From positions 60,001 to 92,000 of the forward strand of contig NZ_QLIR01000005.1 of the NCBI RefSeq assembly GCF_003428155.1: a stretch of 32,000 nucleotides of DNA, in the 5' to 3' direction. Both the position numbers and the translations under genes were made by a program. The DNA is from Fastidiosibacter lacustris (GTDB taxonomy: Bacteria > Pseudomonadota > Gammaproteobacteria > Francisellales > Francisellaceae). Positions 18,705-28,323 of the stretch are shown in pieces. Under the pieces are notes generated by a model. The model was not told the origin of the DNA and searched no databases. It saw only the letters and a list, made by a program, of their open reading frames with translations. Position 1 is the stretch's first letter, and every line of letters begins with the position of its first letter.

Positions 18705-19586
18705 GTGATTGTTGATGGCTTAAGCGTAATAGTTAAGCGTGATGATGTAATTCATCGATTATTTTCAGGGAATAAGGCATATAAACTCTATTGGTTGATT
18801 GACCATCTTAAATATCATCCAAGTCTAACTAAGATAGTCTCATTTGGTGGGGCACAGTCAAATTATATGTTAGCAGTGGCACAGTTTTGTCGGTTGAATC
18901 AACTGCAATTTGATTATTGGCTTAAGCCATTACCAAGAGCATTGAAAGACAACCCAAACGGAAATCTACGTGTAGCATGTAATTTGGGAATGAAAGTTTA
19001 TGAAATGGACTATTTAAATAAAGATAAGTTGATGGAAAATTATCGAAATAACTCTCAAGTACTGTTGCTTACCCAAGGGGGAGCGCAGCAAGAAGCTGAA
19101 GTTGGACTTAAAATTTGTGCGGATCACATCAATAATTATTTTGAAAATATCGCTGCAAGTAAGGGCAGTATTTTTATTGCCTCAGGTACGGGAGTAAGTG
19201 CGTTTTATTTGCGTAAACACCTAAAGAAATCTTATTTGCTTTACACCACACCATGTGTTGGAGATAAAGAATATTTATTAGCTCAAATGAAGTCACTTGC
19301 AAAGAATACTGGTGAGATGCCAATAATATTAGATGCAAAACGGAAATATCATTTCGGTCAATGTTATAAAGAGCATTTAGCAATGTATAATCACCTTAAA
19401 GTGCAAACTGGAATTGAGTTTGATTTATTGTATGACCCTTTGGGATGGCAAGTGCTTTTTGATCATTACCAACAGTTGCAAAAACCTATTATTTATGTTC
19501 ATTGTGGTGGTGTTACAGGTAATATAAGCATGTTAAAGCGGTATCAATATTTTTTAAAAAACAAAATAAGTCAAGGCTTTAACTAA
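18705..19586 (+). CDS. PLP-dependent enzyme of the D-cysteine desulfhydrase / ACC deaminase family (short ~300-aa subgroup)
   Basis: VKRDDVIHRLFSGNKAYKL (PLP-lysine motif KRDDL..SGNK.RKL), later GGAQSN and HCGG blocks. The first canonical start is GTG 18705, but family-like N-terminal residues (STPLFQE) are encoded in frame upstream of it (see findings). Confidence 0.75.
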   Translation: MIVDGLSVIVKRDDVIHRLFSGNKAYKLYWLIDHLKYHPSLTKIVSFGGAQSNYMLAVAQFCRLNQLQFDYWLKPLPRALKDNPNGNLRVACNLGMKVYEMDYLNKDKLMENYRNNSQVLLLTQGGAQQEAEVGLKICADHINNYFENIAASKGSIFIASGTGVSAFYLRKHLKKSYLLYTTPCVGDKEYLLAQMKSLAKNTGEMPIILDAKRKYHFGQCYKEHLAMYNHLKVQTGIEFDLLYDPLGWQVLFDHYQQLQKPIIYVHCGGVTGNISMLKRYQYFLKNKISQGFN

Positions 19587-19915
19587 AGGATAGTGGTGAT
19601 CTGAATTTAAAAAGTATATACTACTACCCATTTACATAGATAAATGCCCAGAAGAATAGGACTTTTATATTAATTTGTGCAAGAAAAAGCAAAAAGGAGT
19701 GGGGGAGAGTATTTTGGTTGTGTATTTTTTTGATCGTTTACATGGTAAAAGTCTTAATTGTTAATATGTTTTTTCGATCTTTACTAAAGCACCATCGAGA
19801 TTTCTATTTTTAACAATATCTTGCTTGCATAAAGTAAAGTGCTTGTCTACATTTGCCAATACAAGTAAGTAATAATGTAATTATGTGCCACGGAAAATTA
19901 ATAGGAGAATGAAAG

Positions 19916-20350
19916 ATGAAAGTAAATAGGAAAAAGAACCAAAAAGGTTTTTCGCTAATTGAGTTATTAATTGTAATAGCAATTATTGCGATTTTAACCG
20001 CGATTGCGATACCGATGTATACGAGTTATACAGAACGTGCTCGATTATCGGAAGCCTATTCTTTTCTAGGTTCTGACAAAGTATTCGTCGCAGAACAAAT
20101 TAACACCAATGCAGGGCTTCCTGCAACTTTTACGACCGATGGAAGTGCTAAAACTGGTCAATATGGTGCAGTTGCTGTTAACTCTGGTACTGGTGCGATT
20201 ACCTATACCTATAGTGCAGCTGGTAATGGTGCAAACTTGAATAACCAAACAGTTACTTTAACGCCAGCCTTTGCAAATAACGGTGTAACATGGGGCTGTA
20301 CAACAACTATCAATAGTGCTGCTGTTGCAGATGTATGTGCTGAGTTCTAA
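19916..20350 (+). CDS. pilA: Type IV (IVa) major pilin
   Basis: Prepilin leader [11 protein letters not shown] followed by [24 protein letters not shown] (G-1/F+1/E+5 class III signal). C-terminal Cys pair ([14 protein letters not shown]) forms the disulfide loop. SD AGGAG is upstream. Confidence 0.92.
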   Translation: MKVNRKKNQKGFSLIELLIVIAIIAILTAIAIPMYTSYTERARLSEAYSFLGSDKVFVAEQINTNAGLPATFTTDGSAKTGQYGAVAVNSGTGAITYTYSAAGNGANLNNQTVTLTPAFANNGVTWGCTTTINSAAVADVCAEF

Positions 20351-20356
20351 TTTTAA

Positions 20357-21718
20357 TTAGAACGTCACATTTGTAAAGAAAGGGACAATAATAAGAATAG
20401 CAAGGATGGTAATGATTAAAGGTGCCACAAAGAACATGTGGCATTTTTTTTGGCTATTTTGTTCTAATACTTGAGGCATAAAAGACAATAGCAATCCCAT
20501 TGCAAATATCATGCTAAATTGGCTAAGTTGTAATTTAAATAAATTGCTAAGCATAGCATGTGTCATTCCAGCAAGTACACTAGCAAAAGCAACAAAATAT
20601 AAGGCTGAGTGTTTATAGCTTCTCATATATTCGCATGCACGGCGAAAGCTCCTTAAGCCAACTAATAGAAAGCAAGTAAGACCAATAATTCCCCACTGTG
20701 CGGCGACAGTTAAAACAATATTGTGTGGATAATCACGCAGATAATATAAAGCGTTCAGTTCTCCGACGCCAAGCAAAGGATAATGCGCTGCAAGTGCTAG
20801 AGATTTTGCCCATAAATCCCAGCGATCTTGATTGGCAAAAAAAGCTCGATCTAATATCGAGCTGCCGCCAACGATTTGATGAACGATATAGAATAAAATA
20901 GCTCCAACAATAGCAGCTAATATTTGCCAACTAATGAATTTAAGCATGAGTTTATAATTTAAAATACCAAGTACAATAAAAATAACGATATACTCAAGGA
21001 TAAGGGCACGTGAGCTATGCGCAATTACAACAAACCATAAAGATGACATAGCGATAAAGCTTAAAGCCTTAAATAATTTTGTATCATCCTTCCTTAATAA
21101 CGCTAGACATAAAATAGGTAAAAACCAAGTGGCGAAATGGTCAAAAAAACGAGGATTGGCAAAATTAAATTGGAGCAAGATCATTCCTTGAAATTTGGTT
21201 TGGGTGGCAGAGGTTGGAAGGTACGTATGCACTAAATAGAGCTTAAATAATAAGACAAAAACATAGCTGATAGCACAAACAATCACAACAGCGATCAGCC
21301 AGCGGATATTATTAGGAAATCGCTTAAAGTAATTTGCCAAAAATAACACAGCAAGGAGCATTGAAATGTCGATTGAAACACCTTTAAAAGCAGTCGCTGC
21401 TTTTAAAGCAAAACTTGCAGAGAGTATTCCAATAAAAAAAAAGGTTACAATGAGGGATCTGGTCCATAAAGATAATGATAAAAAACTGGAAATAATATTG
21501 TGGTGTGAAGCACTAGTAATTAAAAATGTTGACAACACGATGATCCAGCAAAATAATGATGTAAAACCTCGAAAAACATATGTATCAAGTGCATTGTGGG
21601 AAACATTGTAGTAAAGGTTTGCAGGATTCCAAAATATAAGTAAAAGTCCTGCTAGTATCACACCATAAATAATATGTTCTGTTTTTGGCGAATTTAAATG
21701 ATTTTTTAAATATTCCAT
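20357..21718 (-). CDS. Wzy_C / O-antigen-ligase-like polytopic membrane protein; candidate protein (pilin) O-oligosaccharyltransferase (TfpO/PglL-like) or WaaL
   Basis: 453 aa, about 12 TMs. A large loop is followed by YPHNIVLTVAAQWGIIGL (the HN..L....E/Q.G..G signature of the Wzy_C domain). The stop lies 6 nt from the stop of the pilin gene. Confidence 0.7.
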   Translation of the reverse strand: MEYLKNHLNSPKTEHIIYGVILAGLLLIFWNPANLYYNVSHNALDTYVFRGFTSLFCWIIVLSTFLITSASHHNIISSFLSLSLWTRSLIVTFFFIGILSASFALKAATAFKGVSIDISMLLAVLFLANYFKRFPNNIRWLIAVVIVCAISYVFVLLFKLYLVHTYLPTSATQTKFQGMILLQFNFANPRFFDHFATWFLPILCLALLRKDDTKLFKALSFIAMSSLWFVVIAHSSRALILEYIVIFIVLGILNYKLMLKFISWQILAAIVGAILFYIVHQIVGGSSILDRAFFANQDRWDLWAKSLALAAHYPLLGVGELNALYYLRDYPHNIVLTVAAQWGIIGLTCFLLVGLRSFRRACEYMRSYKHSALYFVAFASVLAGMTHAMLSNLFKLQLSQFSMIFAMGLLLSFMPQVLEQNSQKKCHMFFVAPLIITILAILIIVPFFTNVTF

Positions 21719-21761
21719 TTTATTTTTTCCTGTTAATTGTTGTGGTGATGAGAATGTGCTT

Positions 21762-22280
21762 TTAATGGTTTTTGAATTTTCGCCAAAGATTGAAGCTTAA
21801 CCAAACAATGCTTGAGAGTAATAATCCAAATGCTAATCCAATAATGATGCAGCCAAGGATCAATGGTACGAAAATCGCATGGATATTAGTGATTATATGA
21901 TGCCAAGCAAAATTATCCTCATAAAACAAGGCTGTCTGACCCATCATAAAGCAACCAAATAAATATGCTCCATACATCATCGGTAGCATGGTAATTGGAT
22001 TACTGATCCACACCAAAGCAATAGTGATGATTAAATTTGCACGTAATGTAAGTGCTAAAATCGCAGCTGGCACCATTTGAAAAGGTATTGGCATCATGCA
22101 CATAAAGCCACCAACAATGCACGCCTTAGTTACACTATTGCGATCAAAATGCCATAGAAAATTATGGTGCATATACTTGTGCAGGAAACCCAACCATTTA
22201 TGTTGTTTAAGCTCTTCTTTTGTCGGTAGAAATTTTCGCCTCATGAAGTAACTGACCGTGATTAGCATAATGCCAATCAT
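21762..22280 (-). CDS. DUF2062 family membrane protein
   Basis: Pattern FLWHFDRNSVTKACIVGGFMCMMPIPFQMVPAAILALTLRANLIITIALVWISNPITMLP matches the DUF2062 core (R.s.a.G...G.f....P..g.q......l....r.N......v.sNP.T). The real start may be ATG 22244 (MRRKFLP...). Lies 43 nt upstream of, and co-oriented with, the Wzy_C gene. Confidence 0.7.
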   Translation of the reverse strand: MIGIMLITVSYFMRRKFLPTKEELKQHKWLGFLHKYMHHNFLWHFDRNSVTKACIVGGFMCMMPIPFQMVPAAILALTLRANLIITIALVWISNPITMLPMMYGAYLFGCFMMGQTALFYEDNFAWHHIITNIHAIFVPLILGCIIIGLAFGLLLSSIVWLSFNLWRKFKNH

Positions 22281-22478
22281 AGCAAAATCTAAGCTGAAAA
22301 GCCGTTATAATTACTGGTAAAATGATGCTTTTTTGAGTGATGATTGTTGCGAAAATTCTTGCGAATAACATCTTTTTTGTGTATTTTGTCATGGTTTACA
22401 AAATCGAGGGTCATGGTATGTTCTATGACTATGTTGTGGGTCTATGTGTTAAACATAAAAATATTAATGTAGAGAAAG

Positions 22479-23003
22479 ATGATTATCACACAAAACGTTT
22501 TCTTGATTGGTCCAGTAGGTGCTGGCAAAAGTACAATAGGTCGTCAATTAGCAAATGAGCTAAAATTGGAGTTTGTTGACTCAGACCGTGAGATTGAGCA
22601 ACGCTGTGGTGTTGATATTGATTGGATTTTTGATATAGAAGGTGAAGAGGGCTTTCGAAATAGAGAGCAAGAAATTCTAAGTGAATTGGCAAATCGGCAA
22701 GGTATTGTGTTGGCAACTGGAGGAGGTGCAATTATTCGTCCAGAAAATAGAACTTTATTATCATCACGTGGAAAGGTTGTTTATCTTCAAGCATCAATTG
22801 AACAACAGTTGGAACGTACAGCTAAAGATAAAAAACGTCCTTTACTGCAAGTAGAAAATAAAGAAGCACAATTAAGAAAATTAATGGAAGAACGAGAGCC
22901 ACTTTACCGTGAAATTGCTGACATTACGATTGAAACAAGTGAAACAACTGTTCGTAATGTAGTGCAGAAAATTACCAATCTGCTAATGGAAGAAGCTGTG
23001 TGA
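22479..23003 (+). CDS. aroK: Shikimate kinase
   Basis: Walker [19 protein letters not shown] motif, ATGGG, and a lid region. Followed by aroB with a 4-nt GTGTGA overlap. Confidence 0.93.
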   Translation: MIITQNVFLIGPVGAGKSTIGRQLANELKLEFVDSDREIEQRCGVDIDWIFDIEGEEGFRNREQEILSELANRQGIVLATGGGAIIRPENRTLLSSRGKVVYLQASIEQQLERTAKDKKRPLLQVENKEAQLRKLMEEREPLYREIADITIETSETTVRNVVQKITNLLMEEAV

Positions 23004-24091
23004 TAACAGAAGTACGGGTTTCGCCACAAGGCAAACCAAGTTACTCCGTAATCATTTCCGAAACAGCTGATTTTTCTTATCTTATACCTTTTGTTAGAAA
23101 CAAGCAGATACTTGTTGTAAGTAACAAAACGATTGCCAATTTGTATTTACTGCTGCTTGAAAATGTATTGAAAGAACATTGTCACCAATGGCAATTATGC
23201 TTACTTCAAGATGGAGAAACCTATAAGAATAGTGTTTCTTTAGATTATATTTATGAAACCTTACTTAGGCAAAATTATACGAGGGATTGTGAACTTATTG
23301 CATTAGGTGGTGGTGTGATCGGTGACATAACAGGCTTTGCTGCTGCGACTTATCAACGTGGAGTATCGGTTATCCAAATTCCAACCACTTTATTGTCTCA
23401 AGTTGATTCATCCGTTGGTGGAAAGACTGCAATTAATCATTCATTAGGCAAGAATATGATTGGTGCATTTTTCCAGCCTAGACTTGTTTATACTGCAATA
23501 ACGTTTTTGAAAACATTACCAGCGCGTGAATTTTCAGCAGGAATGGCAGAAGTTGTAAAATACGGCTGCATTGTTGACTATAATTTTTTCGTTTGGCTAG
23601 AAAAAAATATTGATTTAATCAATGCGCATGATCCAAATGTTCTTTGTTATGCGATTGCCAAAGCTTGTGAGTTAAAAGCACAAATTGTATCTCTTGATGA
23701 ACAAGAAAAAACGGGCGTGCGAGCATTATTAAACTTAGGGCATACTTTTGGTCATGCAATTGAGTGTTGCCAGAATTATGTTGGTCTAAAGCATGGTGAG
23801 GCGGTTGCTGTAGGTATGGTAATGGCAACTCAATTATCTCATACTCTAGGTAATCTTGATGGAAAAGATGTCAGTAGAATAAAAGACTTATTAAAAGCAT
23901 TTCACTTACCAATTGAAATACCAGCACTGATTCAAAAACCAGACTTTATAGCAGCTATGCTACGCGATAAGAAAAATACTACAAAAGGCATAACACTCAT
24001 TTTATTAGATAGAGTTGGACAGGCGTATATTGAAAATAACTTTTCACAGCAGGTATTAGAAGTATTTCTTGACTGCTATTTTGGACTATAA
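23000..24091 (+). CDS. aroB: 3-dehydroquinate synthase
   Basis: [31 protein letters not shown], and metal ligands in [12 protein letters not shown]...HGEAVAVG. Conserved aroK-aroB pair. GTG start. Confidence 0.93.
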   Translation: MITEVRVSPQGKPSYSVIISETADFSYLIPFVRNKQILVVSNKTIANLYLLLLENVLKEHCHQWQLCLLQDGETYKNSVSLDYIYETLLRQNYTRDCELIALGGGVIGDITGFAAATYQRGVSVIQIPTTLLSQVDSSVGGKTAINHSLGKNMIGAFFQPRLVYTAITFLKTLPAREFSAGMAEVVKYGCIVDYNFFVWLEKNIDLINAHDPNVLCYAIAKACELKAQIVSLDEQEKTGVRALLNLGHTFGHAIECCQNYVGLKHGEAVAVGMVMATQLSHTLGNLDGKDVSRIKDLLKAFHLPIEIPALIQKPDFIAAMLRDKKNTTKGITLILLDRVGQAYIENNFSQQVLEVFLDCYFGL

Positions 24092-24399
24092 TCATGCTAA
24101 ATTAAGCATAGCTTGAGCTGCCATTACAAGTGGTGAGATTACTTTGGTTGCTCCCAGCATTTTTGCTTTCTGGAGACTATTTTCTTGGTTGATACGAATG
24201 GTGATTTTGATATTTGAATGACTATTTTGCAGAAACTCATTGATGCTAAGTAGGGTAATGATATTATCGGCATCCTGTGTTCATAAGCGATGATAATCGC
24301 ATCTGCATTTTTAACACTTGCTTTTTCAAGTGTATCAGGGTTATTAGCATTTCCATGAGGTGTATAAGGTTTAAGCTCTGCCGTACTTAACCATTGCAT
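24092..24399 (-). pseudogene. Frameshifted relic of an RCK/TrkA-N (K+ transport NAD-binding) domain gene
   Basis: Frame 1 (the 86-aa ORF) reads ...HGNANNPDTLEKASVKNADAIIIA, then becomes non-homologous. Shifting one nt near 24283-24287 gives TQDADNIITLLSINEFLQNSHSNIKITIRINQENSLQKAKMLGATKVISPLVMAAQAMLNLA*, the canonical second half of a TrkA-N/RCK domain. No intact GxGxxG N-terminus is found upstream, where all frames carry stops. Confidence 0.5.
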
Positions 24400-24651
24400 A
24401 GTGATTCCTTTGGCATTTCATTGAGCAAATAATTAAGTTAAATAATTGCTTATAACGATAGCTTATAAAATTGGAATATCTAAAGATCTTTAGCACAAAT
24501 CATGCTGCCTCAAGGTCTAGATGATGAATTAGTTATGAAACTAAATGGGAGATTTTTGATTATATTGGGGCTAAAGTAAGATTAAGAATAAGCAGTATAT
24601 TAATTGTATTAGTCTGGATATAATTGGTTTATGAATAATCTGAAAAGATGT

Positions 24652-26706
24652 TCAAGCTTTGATATATTCATCAGTTTTGTTTAACCAACGATGAATGATT
24701 TTCTCTGCGTGCTTAGGATATTGTTTGATAATTGCTTCAGCAATATTAGTCACATCATCAAAAAGTGCTTGGTGTTGGCTTAAATCAGCAACTTTAAATT
24801 GAATTCCCCCTGTTTGATTAGTTCCAAATATATCACCAGGACCTCTTAATTTTAAGTCTTCTTCGGCAATTACGAAGCCATTTTGCGTTTTACGCATAAG
24901 TTCTAAGCGTTTTTTGGCAGTATTGGATAAAGGGGAGTGATATAGTAATATACAATTACTTTCTTTGTTACCGCGCCCAACACGTCCACGTAATTGATGT
25001 AATTGCGATAATCCAAGACGTTCGGCATTATCAATAATCATAATATTGGCATTGGGTACATCTACTCCAACTTCAATAACTGTTGTTGCAACCAATATAT
25101 CTAACTCATGGGATTTGAATGCCTGCATGATATCTTCTTTGTGCTGAGCTTTTAGTTTACCATGTATAAGCCCTATGCGAGCGCAAGGTAGCATGTTGCT
25201 TAGCATTTCAAAAAGAGATTGGGCATCTTGTAAAGTAATTAGAACCTCTGAACTTTCAATTAAAGGACACACCCAATAAGCTTGACCATTATTGGCAATA
25301 TGTTGTTCAAGTCGTGTAATTAGAATTTGCTTTTTAGTTTGGTTTAAAACACTGGTTGTAATCGGTTTACGATTAGGAGGAAGTTCATCAATAATGGAAA
25401 GATCTAAATCACCATAGACAGTCATTGCTAGTGTGCGTGGGATAGGGGTAGCAGTCATTACAATCTGATGTGGCTGCCAATTTTTAGTTTTAGCTTTTTC
25501 AATTAAACTCAACCGCTGCTCTACACCAAATCGATGTTGCTCATCAATTATGACTAATCCTAAATTCGGATAGTCAATGTTGTTTTGGAAAACGGCGTGT
25601 GTGCCGATAATAACACAATTATCTTGATTCTCTATCGTTTTTAAGGCCTCTTTACGCGCCTTAGTCGTAAGCTGTTGAGCAATAAATACTACAGGAATAT
25701 TAAATATGTTTAACCAGTTTGTAAGGTTATGATAGTGCTGTTTGGCTAAAATTTCAGTTGGTGCCATCATGACAGATTGTAGTTTATTGTGTGCAGCTTG
25801 AATGACTATGGCGCCAGCAACAACGGTTTTACCTGAACCAACATCACCTTGAACAAGACGTGATGCTGGTTTATTAAGCGTGAAATCATACAAAATCTCA
25901 TTGATAACGCGTATTTGAGCTGGGGTAGGTTGAAAGCTTAAAGTTTCTAAAAAAGTTTTTAAAAGCGTATGATTAACGGCAATTCGAGCAGATGAGGTTA
26001 TTTGATTGTGCAACCTTGCTTTTTTAGCATTTAAGTTGTGTGCTAACAATTCTTCTAATGCTAAGCGATAGCGTGCGCGAGCACTAAGGTTATATAGGTT
26101 ATCAAAGTTATCGTTTTTTGGGAAATGGAGAGTATGTAATGCTTGATTTATATTTTCTAGTTGATGTTTTTGTAAAAGTGAAAGTGGCATATATTCATCA
26201 AGCTTGATTTGATCTTTGAGTTGTAAAATTAATTTATAAAAAACGGCAGAGCTTATTCCTTCAATAGTTGGATAAATAGGAATAATATTACCTAATTTTT
26301 TACCTTTATCTTCATCGGTTAAAATTTGCCATTCAGGGTGAGTGATCTCAACAGCATGATGATTATGAACAATCTCACCAAAGCAGCGAATGATTTTACC
26401 TTTTTGCAAGAGTCGTGTTTGATTTGAGTAAAACTTAAATAAGTGCATTTTACAAACGCCACTGCTATCAAAAAAGTAGCAAGTTAAATGTTTTTTACCA
26501 ATATCATTAATATTGACTTGGCGAATTACACCTTCAATTTGTTGTTTTTCACCAGCTGTAGTATGAGCAATGGGTATAATTGTACGGCGATCTTGATAGT
26601 ATCTAGGCAGGTGGAGTAAAAGATCAGTGACTGTATTGATACCAGCTTTATTGAGTTTATTTAAAATAGATTGACCAATACCTTTTAGCGATTTTAACTC
26701 TAGCAT
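24652..26706 (-). CDS. recG: ATP-dependent DNA helicase RecG
   Basis: N-terminal wedge/OB domain, Walker A GDVGSGKT, DEQH box IIDEQHRFGV, and motif VI QLHQLRGRVGRG. Confidence 0.95.
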   Translation of the reverse strand: MLELKSLKGIGQSILNKLNKAGINTVTDLLLHLPRYYQDRRTIIPIAHTTAGEKQQIEGVIRQVNINDIGKKHLTCYFFDSSGVCKMHLFKFYSNQTRLLQKGKIIRCFGEIVHNHHAVEITHPEWQILTDEDKGKKLGNIIPIYPTIEGISSAVFYKLILQLKDQIKLDEYMPLSLLQKHQLENINQALHTLHFPKNDNFDNLYNLSARARYRLALEELLAHNLNAKKARLHNQITSSARIAVNHTLLKTFLETLSFQPTPAQIRVINEILYDFTLNKPASRLVQGDVGSGKTVVAGAIVIQAAHNKLQSVMMAPTEILAKQHYHNLTNWLNIFNIPVVFIAQQLTTKARKEALKTIENQDNCVIIGTHAVFQNNIDYPNLGLVIIDEQHRFGVEQRLSLIEKAKTKNWQPHQIVMTATPIPRTLAMTVYGDLDLSIIDELPPNRKPITTSVLNQTKKQILITRLEQHIANNGQAYWVCPLIESSEVLITLQDAQSLFEMLSNMLPCARIGLIHGKLKAQHKEDIMQAFKSHELDILVATTVIEVGVDVPNANIMIIDNAERLGLSQLHQLRGRVGRGNKESNCILLYHSPLSNTAKKRLELMRKTQNGFVIAEEDLKLRGPGDIFGTNQTGGIQFKVADLSQHQALFDDVTNIAEAIIKQYPKHAEKIIHRWLNKTDEYIKA

Positions 26707-26709
26707 GTC

Positions 26710-28008
26710 CTATCTAAACCATGATTTTAGTTTGTTATTAAGTGCATTATTTAGTGCTTTTTCAATAATAGGTTGTAAGTTTTGTTGTAATTTCTGTTGG
26801 TTGATTTTAGCACTGAAATTTCCATTTTGGTAATTAAGGATATAGGGAATGTGTAAGCTAGGTTCGACTTGAACATTTAATAACAATGGATAATTAAAAT
26901 ATTCCTTGGACACATCAAACTTCCCTGTACCTGTTATGCTAAATTTAGGTGCAAGCCAACTGAGTCTCGTCGTTGTAATCATTGAGTCAACAAATTGACT
27001 CTGTACATTTAAAGTATTTAGCTGGGTATGTTGATTTGGATCTGCATTAAATTTATCGCTGTTTAAGATTGGCAATATTTGGTTTTTTAAGCTCTGAAAG
27101 GCGGTTTCAATTTCATCACCACTATTTAGTGCAGTGAGTAGTTTGTGAGTTGAGTCAGCAATACTATTTAAATTGATTCCGTTAAGCTTAGCACTATTGG
27201 CGTGGATATTGATATTACCTTGTAGTTTTTGAAGGTTATCTTGTTGAAGGTCGAAATTAATGTTGAATTGATTAAGTGTGAGTAAAAAACCTTTCATGTC
27301 AATAATTTTTTCAACAGCAATTTTTGGGGCTGAAAATTTACCTTCAGCAGAAAAATGAGGTTTTAGTTTTATTTGCTTGAGTGTACCTATTAGTTCTTCG
27401 CCATTAATATCAAGTGTAATGTTCTCAATATCAGTAACTTTATCGTTATCAGTGATATAAATTCTAGGAACTTTGAGAGACGTAGAGTGATTATTAATAG
27501 TAGTTTGTAATGTAATATCATCAAACTGAATTGTGTTTGAATATGGATTGAGCGCCATTTGGAAGTTAAAATCATTAAATTCATTGACAAAGCTCCCTTT
27601 AATATTATATTTCTGGTTTTTCTCGAGGACGTTAAGTGTAGGAATTAAAAATTTTATTTTAGTACCAAGTTTAACTTGTCCTTGTTCAAGATCAAGTGAC
27701 TTAATTGAGTTATTGGGATTTATAATAAGGTCAATAAAATTAACTTTAATGGTACCTTGTTGCCAATGACTGGTGAGGATGTTGTTGTTAGTGTTAATTG
27801 TAATATTTTGCCCATCAAGTTGCATTAACCATAAGTTAAATGAAAGCCTGCCATCAATAAGGATATGAACATTGTTGTTCTGACTAAGTTTATTATTAAC
27901 CCAGTTTTTGTAATCATTGGGATTAAAAATAAATTTCAACCAGATGAAAAATAGCAACAGAAGAAGCGTAATTGTAAGAAGGAGACTTAATATAAGTTTT
28001 TTAACCAT
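26710..28008 (-). CDS. AsmA family protein (short form)
   Basis: N-terminal TM followed by FNPNDYKNWVNNKLSQNNNVHILIDGRLSFNLW, which parallels the E. coli AsmA N-terminus (VNPNDFRDYM...L.LDG.L....WP). Asn-rich beta-taco-like repeats follow. ATG 28008 has an AAGGA SD. The ORF is open to 28038. Confidence 0.7.
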   Translation of the reverse strand: MVKKLILSLLLTITLLLLLFFIWLKFIFNPNDYKNWVNNKLSQNNNVHILIDGRLSFNLWLMQLDGQNITINTNNNILTSHWQQGTIKVNFIDLIINPNNSIKSLDLEQGQVKLGTKIKFLIPTLNVLEKNQKYNIKGSFVNEFNDFNFQMALNPYSNTIQFDDITLQTTINNHSTSLKVPRIYITDNDKVTDIENITLDINGEELIGTLKQIKLKPHFSAEGKFSAPKIAVEKIIDMKGFLLTLNQFNINFDLQQDNLQKLQGNINIHANSAKLNGINLNSIADSTHKLLTALNSGDEIETAFQSLKNQILPILNSDKFNADPNQHTQLNTLNVQSQFVDSMITTTRLSWLAPKFSITGTGKFDVSKEYFNYPLLLNVQVEPSLHIPYILNYQNGNFSAKINQQKLQQNLQPIIEKALNNALNNKLKSWFR

Positions 28009-28128
28009 GGTTATTCCTTTATCGTCAACTTTCAGCATGAAATTAACAGAATATGTTTGGCATCATGCACTATGTTTTTTATGATAGTCTGAATTATTGA
28101 CGAATATTGAGTTTACGCCAAGTTGATT

Positions 28129-28323
28129 ATGACAAAAAAATACCTCAAATATGGAATTCCTTTATTATTAAACATTTGTATAATAGGTTGTGGGCAGATG
28201 GGACCATTATATTTGCCTTCTAGCGAAAAAAATGAACCTCAAACAAAATCACAGCCAGTGACAAAAACACCACAAGATGTAGGAAAGTGGCAAAATAGCG
28301 ATGAAATAGAGTTTTCAAAATGA
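28129..28323 (+). CDS. lptM: Small lipoprotein LptM (YifL family)
   Basis: Lipobox IIGC followed by the GCGQMGPLYLP signature (E. coli YifL: GCGLKGPLYFP) and a Pro/Thr/Gln-rich tail. The ORF is open from TTG 28123. Confidence 0.75.
   Translation: MTKKYLKYGIPLLLNICIIGCGQMGPLYLPSSEKNEPQTKSQPVTKTPQDVGKWQNSDEIEFSK

Noticed and set aside
19587-19915. Looked for a sigma54 (TGGCAC-N5-TTGCW) promoter upstream of the pilin gene, as in Pseudomonas pilA.
   Set aside because: There is no GG-N10-GC element with correct spacing. TTGCTTGCAT at ~19820 lacks an upstream GG, and TGCCACGG at ~19886 lacks the -12 TTGC. The promoter type is unresolved.
20344-20363. Perfect palindrome GTTCTAATT-TT-AATTAGAAC spanning the convergent stop codons of the pilin and Wzy_C genes, considered as a bidirectional terminator.
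   Set aside because: It is almost entirely A/T with a 2-nt apex, has very low predicted stability and lacks a flanking U-tract. It is largely a by-product of two facing TAA stops in an AT-rich context.
22337-22558. 73-aa plus-strand ORF upstream of and overlapping the aroK start. Also a 61-aa minus ORF at 22207-22392.
   Set aside because: They overlap better-supported genes (aroK, DUF2062) out of frame. No motifs and no SD.
24139-24399. The 86-aa ORF treated as an intact small gene.
   Set aside because: Only its first ~40 residues look protein-like (RCK-domain-like). The homology continues in a different frame after a 1-nt shift, so it is better explained as part of a pseudogene (see features and findings).
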